Positions 35,694 to 49,677 of a stretch of 64,000 bases of DNA are shown in pieces; position 1 is the first letter of the stretch; every line of letters starts with the position of its first letter. The translations under genes were made by a program, and so were the position numbers. The notes beneath the pieces were generated by a model, which worked only from the letters and a program-made list of their open reading frames with translations, searched no databases and had not been told where the DNA came from. Origin of the DNA: the human T2T-CHM13v2.0 reference genome, Homo sapiens; assembly GCF_009914755.1 (NCBI RefSeq), contig NC_060932.1, one strand, 5' to 3'.

Positions 35694-36349
35694 TGACCAT
35701 CGGCAAGTATTTTCAAGATGGCTAGAGTCAGTGTTATTACATTAAACTGTGAACTCTTCTAGCAAGAACGTGACTTGTGATAACTGTGATTATGATGACA
35801 ATGGCATTTTGGCTAATCCAGATGAACTTCCAATCTCCAGAGTAAAATAAACACAGATAGCTGAAGGTGACATTACATATAGCAAGAAACAGCTGAAAAT
35901 CTGTACCATACATAGTACAGTAAATATGACGTAGATCTTAGTTTCTTAATTTGTAAAATGGGGAAGTTGAATTAGACAGTCTATGAGCTATTTCAAGCCA
36001 TAGACTACCATCAAATTTCTATTTTTACCAGTAATTATTAGGTTTGGGTTTGAAAGCTAAAACATGAAACTGTTGATTTCCTCCTCAAGAATTGGTCTCA
36101 GAAGAACACAGTCTTCTAACACCAAGAGATAATCATTCCATAGATTTGGTTGGCAAAGTCATGAAAACAATGATGCTCTTCTGTGTAGGCTACTAAAAAC
36201 ATTTTTAGAAAACAACACAACAATAAACTTTATTATATGCCAAGTTTTTCTACACTTACCTACATATCAATTTAACTCTGAATTAAATTATATTACAAAG
36301 CCCTTTGGCTATGACACATGACTAATGAGAGTGTTTGGGGTTTATATAG

Positions 36350-36419
36350 GGTGCTCTCTATCAAGAACTATGATTCTACCACCAGAATCATCATACAGAT
36401 ACTGCAATCCCATAACAAG
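36350..36419 (+). CDS. KCNU1: KCNU1 exon (13): VLSIKNYDSTTRIIIQILQSHNK
   Basis: tatatag acceptor, gtatag donor, 70 nt. Confidence 0.93.
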
Positions 36420-36846
36420 GTATAGTAACATTCTAGCATATTCCATCTCCTCCTTTTATCTATATAGCTAGACGAACTTTTTAATTTTCTAATGGATGTG
36501 TAAATAAAAAGTTTTTGCTAATCATAGGTAAAATTTGGAGTCTTATTAAGATGGATAATCACTTAACAATGTAAATTGGGGGCAGAATTAGAAGTTTAAG
36601 TCATTTGACCTGATTTTGCAACTCTAGCTATTTTTGTTTCAAAAAATGAGAGCCATTGACCACTAACCACTTTCAAATGCTGAATTTGTTCTTATCATTT
36701 TCATTGACCTGGGCACCACTTTTGTGTGCAAAAATGAAGAATATATGATTTCAAGTAAATTTAAAAAAAGAAAGACATCCATCCTCAAGAGCTTTCTTGA
36801 GGTGTGTTTATTCCTAATGTTTGACCTGCTTTGTGCTATGGAACAG

Positions 36847-36999
36847 GTTTATCTGCCAAAGATTCCCAGCTGGAACTGGGACACCGGAGACAACATCATC
36901 TGCTTTGCTGAATTAAAACTTGGATTTATCGCCCAAGGCTGTTTGGTGCCAGGCTTGTGTACCTTCCTAACATCTCTATTTGTGGAGCAAAACAAAAAG
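36847..36999 (+). CDS. KCNU1: KCNU1 exon (14): [51 protein letters not shown]
   Basis: gaacag acceptor, gtaacc donor, 153 nt phase 0-0; in ORF 36724..37011. Confidence 0.95.
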
Positions 37000-38444
37000 G
37001 TAACCTTGTAAATTACTGTTGATTCTTGGCTCTGTTCCTATGTCCTACATATTAAGATCAGAAATAGGAAAAAAATTTGAGAAAAGCATCAAGGCCCCAA
37101 GCAATGAGATATGACTTCTGCTTGAGCTGGGAAGGGATTAGAAGATCTGAATTTAAAAGTCCCAGGTACCACACTGACCTTGAAGAAATCATTTATTTTA
37201 TTCCTGCCTAAGAATATTTATCTACAAAACAGAAAAAATATAACTCTGCTTCCTACCTACAGTCCAGGATGTTTTAAATCAAAGTACATTCATCAAAGTA
37301 GAAGCATTGAGTTATCGAAAGTGAAAATATAAATAAAGGTTATATTATTAATGAAGGATTCATATATTTCAATATAAATTAAATCCAAAATAATAATTGG
37401 TATAATAATTATATTCATCAAATAGAAATGATACAAATAGTAATTAAAATCTAATTTTTCCAGGTTGTTTAAGGGAGCATTCCATGCAGGAATAATAACA
37501 GTAACCACATGATGAGTGCCTACTGTCTTGTGTTTCCCCTCAATAATATGTTGTTAGTATCCCAGCAGTGAATTGGTGAAGCTAACTAACTTGATCATGC
37601 AGTAAGTTAGTGAGCCGCAGAGCTAGAACTGTCTGGTCCACAGTGTTGTTACCACAATGCTGTATGCCTCTGGTGTTATTTCCACACAATGTCTCACATC
37701 AAGATTTTTGATATTTTTGTCTGAGACAAAGTAAGGGGCTAAAAGTGACTCTTGGGATAAATTTTTGTAGCACAAAAGGTGGTCTTCCAAATATCATTTC
37801 CATGAAATGCTCCAGGCAAGGTGTGCTAGCCCTTGGCTGGACCTGGTCTTCCTTTTCTAAAGTGCTTGCAGAGAATGACCTTACTTTCCATTTAATTCTG
37901 AGTCCATGCTTGCCTTTCATGCACGTGACTTCCCTCTTGACCTCTCTTTGCTCGCTCTTTGTTCTCTTTTTTCTGTGTTCAGTACAAATATTTGCATCTT
38001 TTTCTGTTTCTTCCCTGGTGCTATTTAACGAAAAGCAAAAGAAGTAAGAGGTGCTCTGGCCAGCTATATCCTAACTGCAACAAACGGAATGCTTCTGTAA
38101 TTCCTTCCGTGAATGTAAAGAGATGTAATATACAGGTGAAAAGAAATGGTAGTCAGGGTGGAGGGAATGAGCCTTCATGCAGCTACAACACACAAGCTTT
38201 TACTTTCATGTAGTGGTCACTGTATGCAGCCTAGAAAATGGTTGATAAGGACACTGTCATTGTGTTGTATATTTAGAAAGTGGCAGAGAACTTCAATATT
38301 TCTTGTGATTATTGTGATTTCAATCTCCATGGCTGGAGAAAGTAAATGGAAATAAATGGAATGTGAACTCTATATGAAGACTTATCCTCCTTCATGAAAC
38401 TATAGAAGACAGGGATGTAAAACCATCCTCTTGTATTTTTCTTA

Positions 38445-38814
<370 letters not shown>

Positions 38815-40511
38815 TCATTATTTATACAAGATGGATTTTAGCTTACAGGAATTGAGAGATATTTATGGTCTCCATAATGTTTTTTTGAGTGAAGTCTGAA
38901 ACCTACTTTCAGGAATCCTCACTGAACAGCATCAGGCAAAATATGTGAAAGCTGCATTATTCTTTGGTGCTTTCAATTCTATAACAAACTATCGACTTTG
39001 GTTTAGTGGCTGGGACTCCAGAGTTTTATGACTGATTTCTCTCAGAGTAGGCCCTTACTTTCCCTGACTGTCAATTTCTCTATCTATAAAATTAAAGTTA
39101 TTAATCTCATAACTGGCTTTTTCCAAGTATTGAGTTAATATTTGTAAAACTTCTGAGAACTCAGATTAAAAGGCCTTGAGTCAATGCCATGTGTTTTAAT
39201 TATATTGATCATATTGTGAGAAATTGTAGCTCGAAGAACATTTCCAGTTGGTCCTGGGTTCAGAGCATGGCCTTAAACTTAAATTTACATTAGATCTGAT
39301 CCAACAGGCTTACTTGAGCACCCAGATTCTTCTATCCAAAATCCTCCTGTTTTCCTTTCTGATCTTTTTAAATCTATCTCTGGAACTCTTCTCCATCCCC
39401 AAGCTATCATTTTTTACCTTCTTTCAAACATTGAAACATTTAGATTAGAAGCACTAAGCCAATTTATTTAGTTATTGGAAATTAGTGGTATGAACCACCT
39501 AATAATCAGAGCCCGCCTCATGAGAGGACTTTAAGAAAGTGGGAAAAGGGAAAAGATTCATTCAGCTGAATCTTCGTGGTGGAAGCAGGCACTGGAATGC
39601 CTGAAATAGTCTGTCCTTTTTCGTAGGGCAGAATTGTTTGTCTATGTGTTTGTTTTTGTTTTGCTTTTTTTCCAAACTGCATCACGACCATCTGAAGATA
39701 ATTTCTGAACCAGCCATAACTCTCCATAGCAACAGTGCTCCTAAACGTTTAGAAATTCAAGATTTTCATCTGAGATTCTCGGTTTTAAGAAGACTGTCTT
39801 GCCATATCAGAACAGTGTGGTGGTGATTCTCATGGCAGTAGGTGGAGAAGGATGAGGAGAGGGTCCTACACAAACGTCAGCCACGAGTTCCTAACAGCCT
39901 TTCTGTTGGGTTGGGTGCATTTAGCCATTTTGAGATATCTTTCTCCTTTCACATCTCCCATTTCTCTGGAAACCTACTTTTTGCCTTGATTTCTCCATTC
40001 TCTCTTCCATGCATCAGGATGGCCCTTGAAGTTCATTTGAACTTATGAAGGGTTCTGATGCTGGACAGAAGCTATGAATATTTTCTTCTTTGAGATAAAT
40101 GGTTAGTAGAAAACTAAAATATTTTAAACCAATCTTGAGTAGTCATATCCAGAGAGAGATAATTTAGATTCCACATTAACTTTCCCATCTGATTCTTACT
40201 AACTGAAAAGCTGAAATCAGGACTGGGTGATGGAGAATTCTCACTGCCAGCAAGGAAACTTGAACGCCATCTGCAAGAAAATAAGTAATGATGTGTCTGC
40301 CTCATCCTGAACTCTGGTGAAAATAGTTGAGATGGAGTTAGCTTTTTAGTTATTCCTTTAACATTTCTCTAGTTAAGCACTAAGATAAATCTCTTTTTTA
40401 TGACTTACATGCAATGAAGACTTGTTTGTGCTTAGCAGAATATGCAATGTGAATTCTAACATTCTACATTCCTTGTCGTTTTGCTTCGTGTGGCATGATT
40501 ATGTATTCCAG

Positions 40512-40624
40512 GTTATGCCTAAACAGACCTGGAAGAAACACTTCTTGAATAGCATGAAAAACAAAATTCTGACCCAACGTCTCTCTGATGACTTTGCTGG
40601 AATGAGCTTTCCTGAAGTTGCCCG
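40512..40624 (+). CDS. KCNU1: KCNU1 exon (15): VMPKQTWKKHFLNSMKNKILTQRLSDDFAGMSFPEVA(R)
   Basis: ttccag acceptor, gtaagt donor, 113 nt; in ORF 40422..40628. Confidence 0.95.
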
Positions 40625-40980
40625 GTAAGTGAAGTGAAATACTTCCCTCATTCTTCAGACAACAGCATTCTTTCAACAACGTTCACTGAGGGCCCACTAT
40701 AGGCCAGGCTTCATTACAAACTGAAGATCTAAGAAGGGACAGCCCAGGGTCCCTGAAACTTAGAAGTTTACAGTTGGGATGGGGCAATTTCATCTCTGTC
40801 CCAGTTGGTGCAGTGGCTGTTGGTTACTTTAGGTGGATTCACTTACAAGGGATCATTCCACATTGGGAGTTCTTTCCTCTAAGATGTTGGTTTCCTCCTA
40901 GGCACAGAGCACAGAGTGTTAGTTATTTTGTTGTTCACTGACCGCTTGCTCTCCTTTTGACTCCTCGTCTTCCTTCCCAG

Positions 40981-41052
40981 GCTCTGCTTTCTGAAGATGC
41001 ACCTCCTGTTGATAGCCATCGAATACAAGTCCCTCTTTACGGATGGTTTCTG
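40981..41052 (+). CDS. KCNU1: KCNU1 exon (16): LCFLKMHLLLIAIEYKSLFTDGF(C)
   Basis: ccttcccag acceptor, gtacca donor, 72 nt phase 2-2. Confidence 0.9.
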
Positions 41053-41459
41053 GTACCAATAAGTCTGCTCATCTCTTCAGTTGTTTTTTTTTTTTTTTTT
41101 TTTTTTCCTGGAGATTCTTTGTGATTAAGAATTTTTCCAAAGATGCAGCTATAACTAAGCTTTTTCCCTTTGGTGGATTGGCTGAGAGGCAGCCTCTGGG
41201 GCTCTCTGGCTCCTCTGCTGTGCTGTCTCTGATGGCTCAGGTTAGGGTGGTGACCCTCTTGGGCAAACACTTCTCTTTTGTTCCTCGGACCCTGCCCCAC
41301 CTCTCTCTCAGGAGCAGAGAGGAGAAGAAATGGTCACCTTCTCAAATCTGTTTCTCTTAATAATATTACCAGATCTTGACCATGAAATAATACCACAAAA
41401 TTGAATCATTTGTGATAAAAATGTTCCCACAAACACTGGCCATGCAAAGTAAAGAACAA

Positions 41460-41767
41460 TGCTGGGCATGGTGGCTCATGCCTGTAATGCCAGCACTTTG
41501 AGAGTTTGAGGCAGGCAGATCACTTAAGGCCAGGAGTTCAAGAGCAGCCTGGCCAACATGGTGAAACCCTGTCTCTACTAAAAATACAAAAATTAGCAGG
41601 ACATTGTCGTGCACCTGGGCCTGCAATCCCGGCTACTTGGGAGGCTGACGCATGAGAATTGCTTGAACCTGGGAGGCAGAGGCTGCAGTGAGCTGAGTTC
41701 ACACCACTGCACTTCAGCCTAGGTGACAGAGCAAGACTCTGTCTCCAAAAAATAATTTTAAAAAAAG
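41460..41767 (+). mobile_element. Alu
   Basis: Dimer with degenerate tail. Confidence 0.95.
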
Positions 41768-42719
41768 TACAGGACAAACTATGGCAAAATGGGAATCTGA
41801 CCAGCCGACCGGACAAAGGCTTTTGTTGATAGAGTTGATAAAGGAGACCTCATCACCAGACATCAGCATTTCCCAAAAACCCATAAGTGAATAAATATGA
41901 AAGTAAGAGAAGTTATCACATAATGCAAAATAAAATTCAGAGCAAATGAAATATACATAAACATAAATGGAAGAAAAGGTGGAAAAGAAAGACAAATAGA
42001 TACTATAATATAGAGAAAAAGATCTGTTAAAAAAAAAAAGAAAAGGGGTGGGGCTTAAATGGGATGAGGGCAAGAAAGACTGTGTGTTGGCTCATGTGTA
42101 CTTTTTAGTGAAAAATTAACTTGTGCTAAATAGGAATTAACAGACTAGATTCTGATCCTGACTGATTTGCTGGCCCTGTGGCCGTGGATAAGGATTCATC
42201 ATTTGTAGAATGAGGAAATAGAGTTAAAGAATCTCTCACACACCTTCCTTTTCTAAAATTGACATTACCAGAAATTGTAAAATTATAGGAAAACATTCAA
42301 AATGCAATAATTTTCAATTATATCAGGTGGGCGATAAAGGAATTATTATATGTGAAAAGTTGGGAAAGCATCAAAGACCTGTCTGAGTTGACAGGATATA
42401 GAAAGCATCTGGGTAGAAGATGTCAGTGGGATTGTAAAAAGCAAGTCATTAAGAAGAGAATAACAAGTAGTATTGTCTGGCTGCCTAAGTTCTGTTTAAA
42501 AATCCTGCTGTGCTCAAGAAAATCTCACAATCAAAACCTCTGAATGTAAACATCTGCATAAATGAGCCTCCTACTAGAAACAGGTCATAGTAAAATGGGT
42601 AGACTTGGAATCATAAGCCAGGTAGTTCGGGTTTCAGACTGGCCCAAAATTTTATCAAGTTTTAGTAACAAGTTTGTCTTTCAATCACCTGGCTTATATG
42701 TCAGAATTATTTGCATAAG

Positions 42720-43014
<295 letters not shown>

Positions 43015-43449
43015 TGTTTGCATAAGTTTTAAAGACTTATAGATTCCAAAACCCTACTTTTGACTGCAGAACCAAATCTTCAAGGGTGAGCCTGAGAATT
43101 CTTTCTCAAGTCTCCATGATATCATTGGTTTATTCACTGGAATCTGGAAACTACAACCACATGCCCTTAAGATCTTTTCCACCTTTAACATTCTAGATTT
43201 CTGTAAACTTTATTAAGATGACGGTTAGGACATCACAGACCAGAAACATGAATATTTATTTAGCAACTAATCTCACGTAGATTTAAGAGGCCCTGTTTAC
43301 TACCTAACACACATGTACCTCAATGAAGGGGGGATCTATGGAAACAGAGATTTAACTTTGTCTTCTCACTGGGAAGTCTGGTGAATCAAAAGGATTAAGT
43401 TCTGATTTGGCAAATGTATTGATAAGAACATTCCCTTCTATGATTGATA

Positions 43450-43670
43450 CTTTGTGACCAACACTGCTATAGACCTGTTACATATGTTAACTCTTGAATA
43501 ATCCTCACAACAGTGCTGTGAGATAGGTACTATTATTAGTCTCATTTTACAGAGGAGGAAGCTGAACCCCAGAAAGTTTTAATGATTTTCCCAACCTCAC
43601 ACAACACCCAAGTGGCAGAGCCAGGATCTGAACTCAGGTCCTCTGGCTCCAGGGCTGTGCTTCTGTAACC
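43450..43670. mobile_element. MIR
   Basis: ATCCTCACAAC...CATTTTACAGAGGAGGAAGCTGA...GGCAGAGCCAGGATCTGAAC. Confidence 0.8.
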
Positions 43671-44147
43671 ACCCTGTAGTAAATTCACTGCTGCCATTAT
43701 TGGTAGAAGGAAGACTGCATGTTTAAATAGTTGGACTTTAAGCAAATATATTGAAATTCTGGGGAAAAAGCCTATCTTTTCTCACTTTTTAGCTCCTCTT
43801 CAAATTGGCAAGCTTGAAGAGATCCTACGACTTGCAAAATGCTTGGAGAATTATAAGAATTTTTCTTACGGAATTATTTGTCACCTGCTAACAGATGAAG
43901 CTGGATCTGACCCCATCACTTACTGTAATGATTTTGTTCCAGGGACAAACATTCTCTGATAGAGCAACCAGCCAAATCATAAAGAGTGAATCAACTAATA
44001 ACACCATGTTAGGAAAATCCTTAAGAGAGGCTCACCTCTTTTCTCAAATACAGTCAAATATATGTTTTATTGTGACAGTATCTTCATAGCTAGATATTTA
44101 ATATGAGTTCAGAGAAACCTTTCTCCTTTTAAAAAAACGAAAGGAGC

Positions 44148-44452
<305 letters not shown>

Positions 44453-45631
44453 GGCTATGTAAGACACAACTAAGCATGCATCTGCTAGTTAGTGAGCATC
44501 AGCCAATAATATTTAAGGGGCCGCAGTTGTATTTTCCTTCCAAAGTTAAAACCAATTATTTCACTCATTAATATAAGTCAGTAAATACTCAGAAAAGGCC
44601 ATCCATTGTCTGAGGTAGTAATCTACCTGAACACAGCTATATAGCCTGGGTCTATTCTTGGCATAAGGCTGAAGAACTTTGGCTGTGCAAGCTCATTTAT
44701 TTTTGTGAGGGTTCTCTAACACTTGAAAGTTGTAAGTATCCCAGCAACAGAATAAGCTTTGCCAGAATTAAAACTTCATCTCATTTCGATGTGAATACAA
44801 GAGAAGGGATGATTTTTAAAGGAGGAAAGGAGAACTTCCGTTCTGCAAAAAAGAAGTGAGGGGAATTATAGGGTTTTGAGACCTCACCATAGACATCTGA
44901 ATTGAAGGAAATAAAGGCAGGAGATCCTGATAAACAGGGAGAAATGTGGGTAATTTGAAAAGCCATAGCAGAGTACTGCATCAAAGAGTATCATGGACAG
45001 AAAATTATAATACAATATTCTCAAACACATAAACCACAAGAAAATAGAAAATCAAAAGGTTCAAGTAAGATAACAATAGAAATAATTCACATGCTGTCAA
45101 AAATCTGGCAATCAAAATAAGCAAAACTGAAGTCAAAAGAAACGGACAACCTCAAAAACTGCATAGGTGAATAGAAGAAACTTTTGAATCCAGCTGGTTA
45201 ATTAAATGTTAACTTTAAATGGCAAGTGGCCTAAAGATGAGCACTACTAGTATGACGCTAAGCCTGGCAATTGTGTGGTCTCGGCATATTTGTCATTTGA
45301 TAGCTTAAATCAGCAAGATGTTGTGCACCTGAGTTGGTCGGACCATCTCAGATGCATGACAGAATCCGGGAGAGGCTTTGCCGCAGGTCCGCTGTGTGTT
45401 CAGCTCACTGATCAAGTTGTTCCCTGGCTCCCCTCTGCATAGTCAGCCCCAATCAAACAAAGAATTACAAATGTCAAATTCACATTCTCCACTGTGTTTG
45501 GCAGTAAGAGGAGGTTGAATACGATTAAATTAGCAACTCAGAGAATCCATTGATCATAACAGAAAGAGGCACCAACTGTTGCCACTGAAATCAGAGGGAA
45601 ACATTACCATGTGTTTATTTTTTGTTTCCAG

Positions 45632-45721
45632 TGGTCTGATACTAAATCCACCTCCACAAGTGAGGATACGTAAGAACACATTAGGGTTCTTTATTGCTGA
45701 AACTCCAAAGGACGTCAGAAG
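45632..45721 (+). CDS. KCNU1: KCNU1 exon (17): GLILNPPPQVRIRKNTLGFFIAETPKDVR(R)
   Basis: tttccag acceptor, gtaatt donor, 90 nt phase 2-2. Confidence 0.95.
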
Positions 45722-45853
45722 GTAATTTTATTATTTTATGGGGGAAAAGCACTAAAGCAACTACAGCTTAATGGGAGGCCCACTGAGTCAGCACCATGCC
45801 TCCTTTGCATTAAGACTCACATAATTCATTCTTGGTTTTCTTTCATTGTCCAG

Positions 45854-45951
45854 AGCCTTGTTTTACTGTTCAGTCTGTCATGATGATGTGTTCATTCCTG
45901 AGCTAATTACAAACTGTGGCTGCAAAAGCAGAAGCCGGCAGCACATCACAG
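45854..45951 (+). CDS. KCNU1: KCNU1 exon (18): ALFYCSVCHDDVFIPELITNCGCKSRSRQHIT
   Basis: tgtccag acceptor, gtaatt donor, 98 nt; in ORF 45846..46034. Confidence 0.95.
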
Positions 45952-46574
45952 GTAATTGCACTTTATTTCTGGCTGTCCTTAGCCCAGCCTCTAGGGAGCT
46001 GCCTGACGAAAGAGAAGAGGGTTCCATCTCTTAAAAGGCAATGTCCATTTGAACTTGGCCAGGAAGTGGCAGACATTTCCTCACTGACCACACAAGAGGT
46101 GAGAATCAGTGTTTTAGAGCTGGAAGAAACCTAACTAGTTATCGAATTCAGTTCCTTTAAAAGCAGGCAAATGCATTTTAAGAGATCCAGTCACTTTGTC
46201 CAAAGTCACATAGCCAGTTAGCGGCATCACCAAACTCAATCCCAGGCATGCTGACTTTCAGCCCATTGCTTTTTCATGATTTCACAGTTTTTCACAACTT
46301 CAGACTGAAAATTCAGCCTATATCTGACCACTTGGTTGGCCACGAGGATGCTACCTCATGACCATACCTTAAGTACTCTGTTTCCTTAATGGATAGCAAG
46401 AAGTTTAAAGTTTACTCATCCTGACATGGTGCCGAGGGAATGTAATTTTCTCTATTTTCTCTAACTGAACTCAGCAGTTTACCAACACCCCTTTCCACTT
46501 AATGGCAGAAAAGGAAAAATTAATCTCAAGCATTCATAATCACTTAGTCCCTTCTAGTTTAAAATTTAGCCTCA

Positions 46575-46860
46575 GCCGGGCACGGTGGCTCACACCTGTA
46601 ATCCCAGCATTTTGGGAGGCCAAGGGGGGTGGATCATGAGGTCAGGAATTCAAGACCAGCCTGGCCAAGATGGTGAAACCTCGTCTCTACTAAAAATACA
46701 AAAATTAGCTGGGCGTGGCAGCGTGTGCCTGTGATCCCAGCTGCTTGGGAGGCTGAGGCAGAGAATTGCTTGAACCTGGGAGGCGGAGGTTGCAGTAAGC
46801 CGAGATCATACCACTGCACTCCAGCCTGGGCGACAGAGCGAAAAAAAAAAAAAAAAAAAA
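46575..46860 (+). mobile_element. Alu lacking its last 12 or so body nucleotides
   Basis: GACAGAGCG joined to A20; TSD AAAAYTTAGCCT. Confidence 0.95.
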
Positions 46861-47259
46861 CTTAGCCTTGTCCAGGTACATTCAGACTCTATGTGTAAAA
46901 CCCCAGTGTTTCAGAATTTAACCTTAGTCAATTCAAAATATGAATTTTCTATCAGGTCTATTTTCATCCCTGAGGTTCTTGTTCTCTCCTTCTTCTCAGA
47001 ATGCTATTTAAATGCAAGAGTAAGCTGGCTTAGCATCATGAGTGTTCTTGCAGTGAACCGCAAGTCTTCACTGATTTCTCCTGAGGTTCCTCATTAACTT
47101 TGGTCTGTAATTGTTACCTTCTGTCACCTCTGCATCAACAACCAATGAATCTGCTCCTCCTGGCTTTGGGTCAGGCTCTATCATTTGTTACTGAAATCCA
47201 TTCTCCTAGTCTTGAAGTCTGCAAAACTCTTTTCAGTAGTCCTTGTCTTTTCATTCCTT

Positions 47260-48600
47260 TTTAAATTTTTTTTCTGTTACTTTTAGTTCACATGTAATAA
47301 TTGCATATATTTTTGAAATAGAGTGATATTTTGATATAGATATACAATGTATAATGATCAAATCGGGGTAATTAGCATATCCATCCATCACCTCAAACTT
47401 TTGTCATTTTTGTGTTGTGAACATTCAAAATCCTCCCTTTTAGTCTTTTGAAAATATACAATAAATTATATTTAACGATGAAGGACACTAGAAATTATTC
47501 CTCCTGTCCAGCTGTAACATTGCATTCTTTAACCAATCTCTCTGCATCTTCCCCTCCCTCTCCCCTTCTCATCCTTTAATAACCACAAGTCGAGTCTCTA
47601 CTTCCATGAGCTCAATTGTTTTTTAGCTCCCATGTGTGGGTGAACATGTGGTGAACCTAATATCCTCCAGTCTCATACATGTTGCTGCTAATGACAGGAT
47701 TTCATCCTTTTTAATGACTGCATAGTATTTCATTGTTTATACGTATCACATTTTCTTCATCTATTTATCTTTTGATGGACATTTAGGTTGCTTCCATAAC
47801 TTAGCTATTGTGTATAGTCCTACAATAAACATGGAAGTGCAGATATCTTTTTGATACACTGATTATTTTTATAGATACACAGTAGTAGAATTGCTGGATC
47901 ATATGGTAGATCCACTTTTAGTTTTTTGATGAATTCCCATACAGCTTTCCATAGCAGCTATACTAATTCATGTTTCTACCAACAGCGTATGAGTTCCCTG
48001 TTCTCCACATCCTTGTCAGCATCTATTGTTTTGTTTTGTTTTTTGTCTTTTTCATGATAGTCATTGTAACTGGAGTAAAATGATAGCTCATTGTAGTTTT
48101 GATTTGCATTTCTTTGATAATTAATGATGTTAAACATACTTATATACCATTTGTATGTCTTTTGCAAAATGTTTATTCAGATCTTTTTCCTATTTTAATC
48201 AGATTATATATTTTTTGCCATCAAGTTCCTTGTATATTCTGGATATTAGTCGCATGTCAGATGAATGGTTTGCAAATATTTTCTCCCATTCTACAGATGT
48301 CTCTTCCGTCTGTTGATTGTTTTCTTTGCTGTGCAGGTTTTGGTTTAATATAGCACCATTTGTCTATTTTTGGTTTTGTTCCCTGTGCTTTTGAAGTCTT
48401 AGCAATAAAATATTTGCCTAGTTTAAAATCTTGAACCACTATTTTCTTCTAGCAGTTTTGTAGTTTTGGGTGTTCCATTTAAGTCTTTAATCCATTTCGA
48501 GCTAATTTTTATATGGGGTGAAAGAAAGGGGCCTAGTTTCATTCTTCTGCATATGGATATCCAGTTTCCCCAGCACCATTACTGAAGTGGATCCATTCCA
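47260..48600 (-). mobile_element. L1MA-like 3' fragment
   Basis: Antisense L1 3'UTR and ORF2 end; degenerate ORF2-like peptides at 48257..48439. Confidence 0.8.
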
Positions 48601-49361
48601 CTTGGTGTGTTTGTGGCACTTCATTGGCCTAACGTCATTTTAGTCTGTCTGCTGTTTGGGATTTTAAACTCTCCTCCTTTATATGCATTTGTCTGTCAGG
48701 ACATGGGAACCTCAGTGGGTTTCTCTCCACATTTCTCCCCGCGTACAGACACTGTCGTGTTTCTTCTTCTGCAGTCCTCTTGCATTGTTGCTAGACATGG
48801 TTTCAAGAGCACACCACTGAGAATCCATATGAAAAGGGAAGCATCTCTCTCATTTTTCTCCTTGCACGTCAGACAAATATCACATTTTCCTGGCCTAGTC
48901 ACCCCTTATCAACCTGAAGCACTGTATATATGTGTGGGGGAGGGGGGTGGAGAACTGGGTTCTTTCTCAGAGATCAGGCTGTGTCCTATCTTTATAACAT
49001 CTTTATTCAGATATATTCCAAATACCATGAAATAAATATATATCCATTTACAGTGTACAATTCAATGAGTTTCTTTATACAAATAGAGTTGTGTAGTCAT
49101 CACTACAATCAATTTTAGAACATTTTCCTCACCTCAAAAAGAAACCCCATAGCCAATAGAAGTCACTCTTCCTTCTCCTCAACCCACAGCCCTGGAAACC
49201 ACTAGTCTACTTTCTGTCACTGTAGATTTACCTATTCTGGTCATTTCACACACAAAAAAAACAAAACGAAAAACAAAAAAAAGGATCCTATAGTTTGTGG
49301 CTTGTTGTGTCTGGCTCCTTTTATTCAGCCATGCTGTAGCATGTATCAATACCTCATTTCA

Positions 49362-49677
49362 GCTAGGCACAGTGGCTCATGCCTGTAATCCCAGCACTTT
49401 GGGAGGCTGAGGTGGGCCGATCACTTGAGGTCAGGAGTTTGAGACCAGCCTGGCCAACATGGTGAAACCCCGTCTGTACTAAAAATACAAAAATTAGCTG
49501 GGTGTGGTGGTGTGTGCCTGTAATCCCAGCTACTTGGGAGGCTGAGGCAGGAGAATCTCTTGAACCCAGGAGGTGCAGGTTGGCAGTGAGCCAAGATCAG
49601 GCCACTGCGCTCCAGCCTGGGTGACAGAGCAAGACTGTCTCAAAACAAACAAACAAACAAACAAAACCCACCAAAAA
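49362..49677 (+). mobile_element. Alu
   Basis: (CAAA)n tail; TSD ACCTCATTTC. Confidence 0.95.

Noticed and set aside
48607-49035. 142-aa ORF between two L1 pieces
   Set aside because: No recognisable motif, non-ATG start, no similarity to Slo channels
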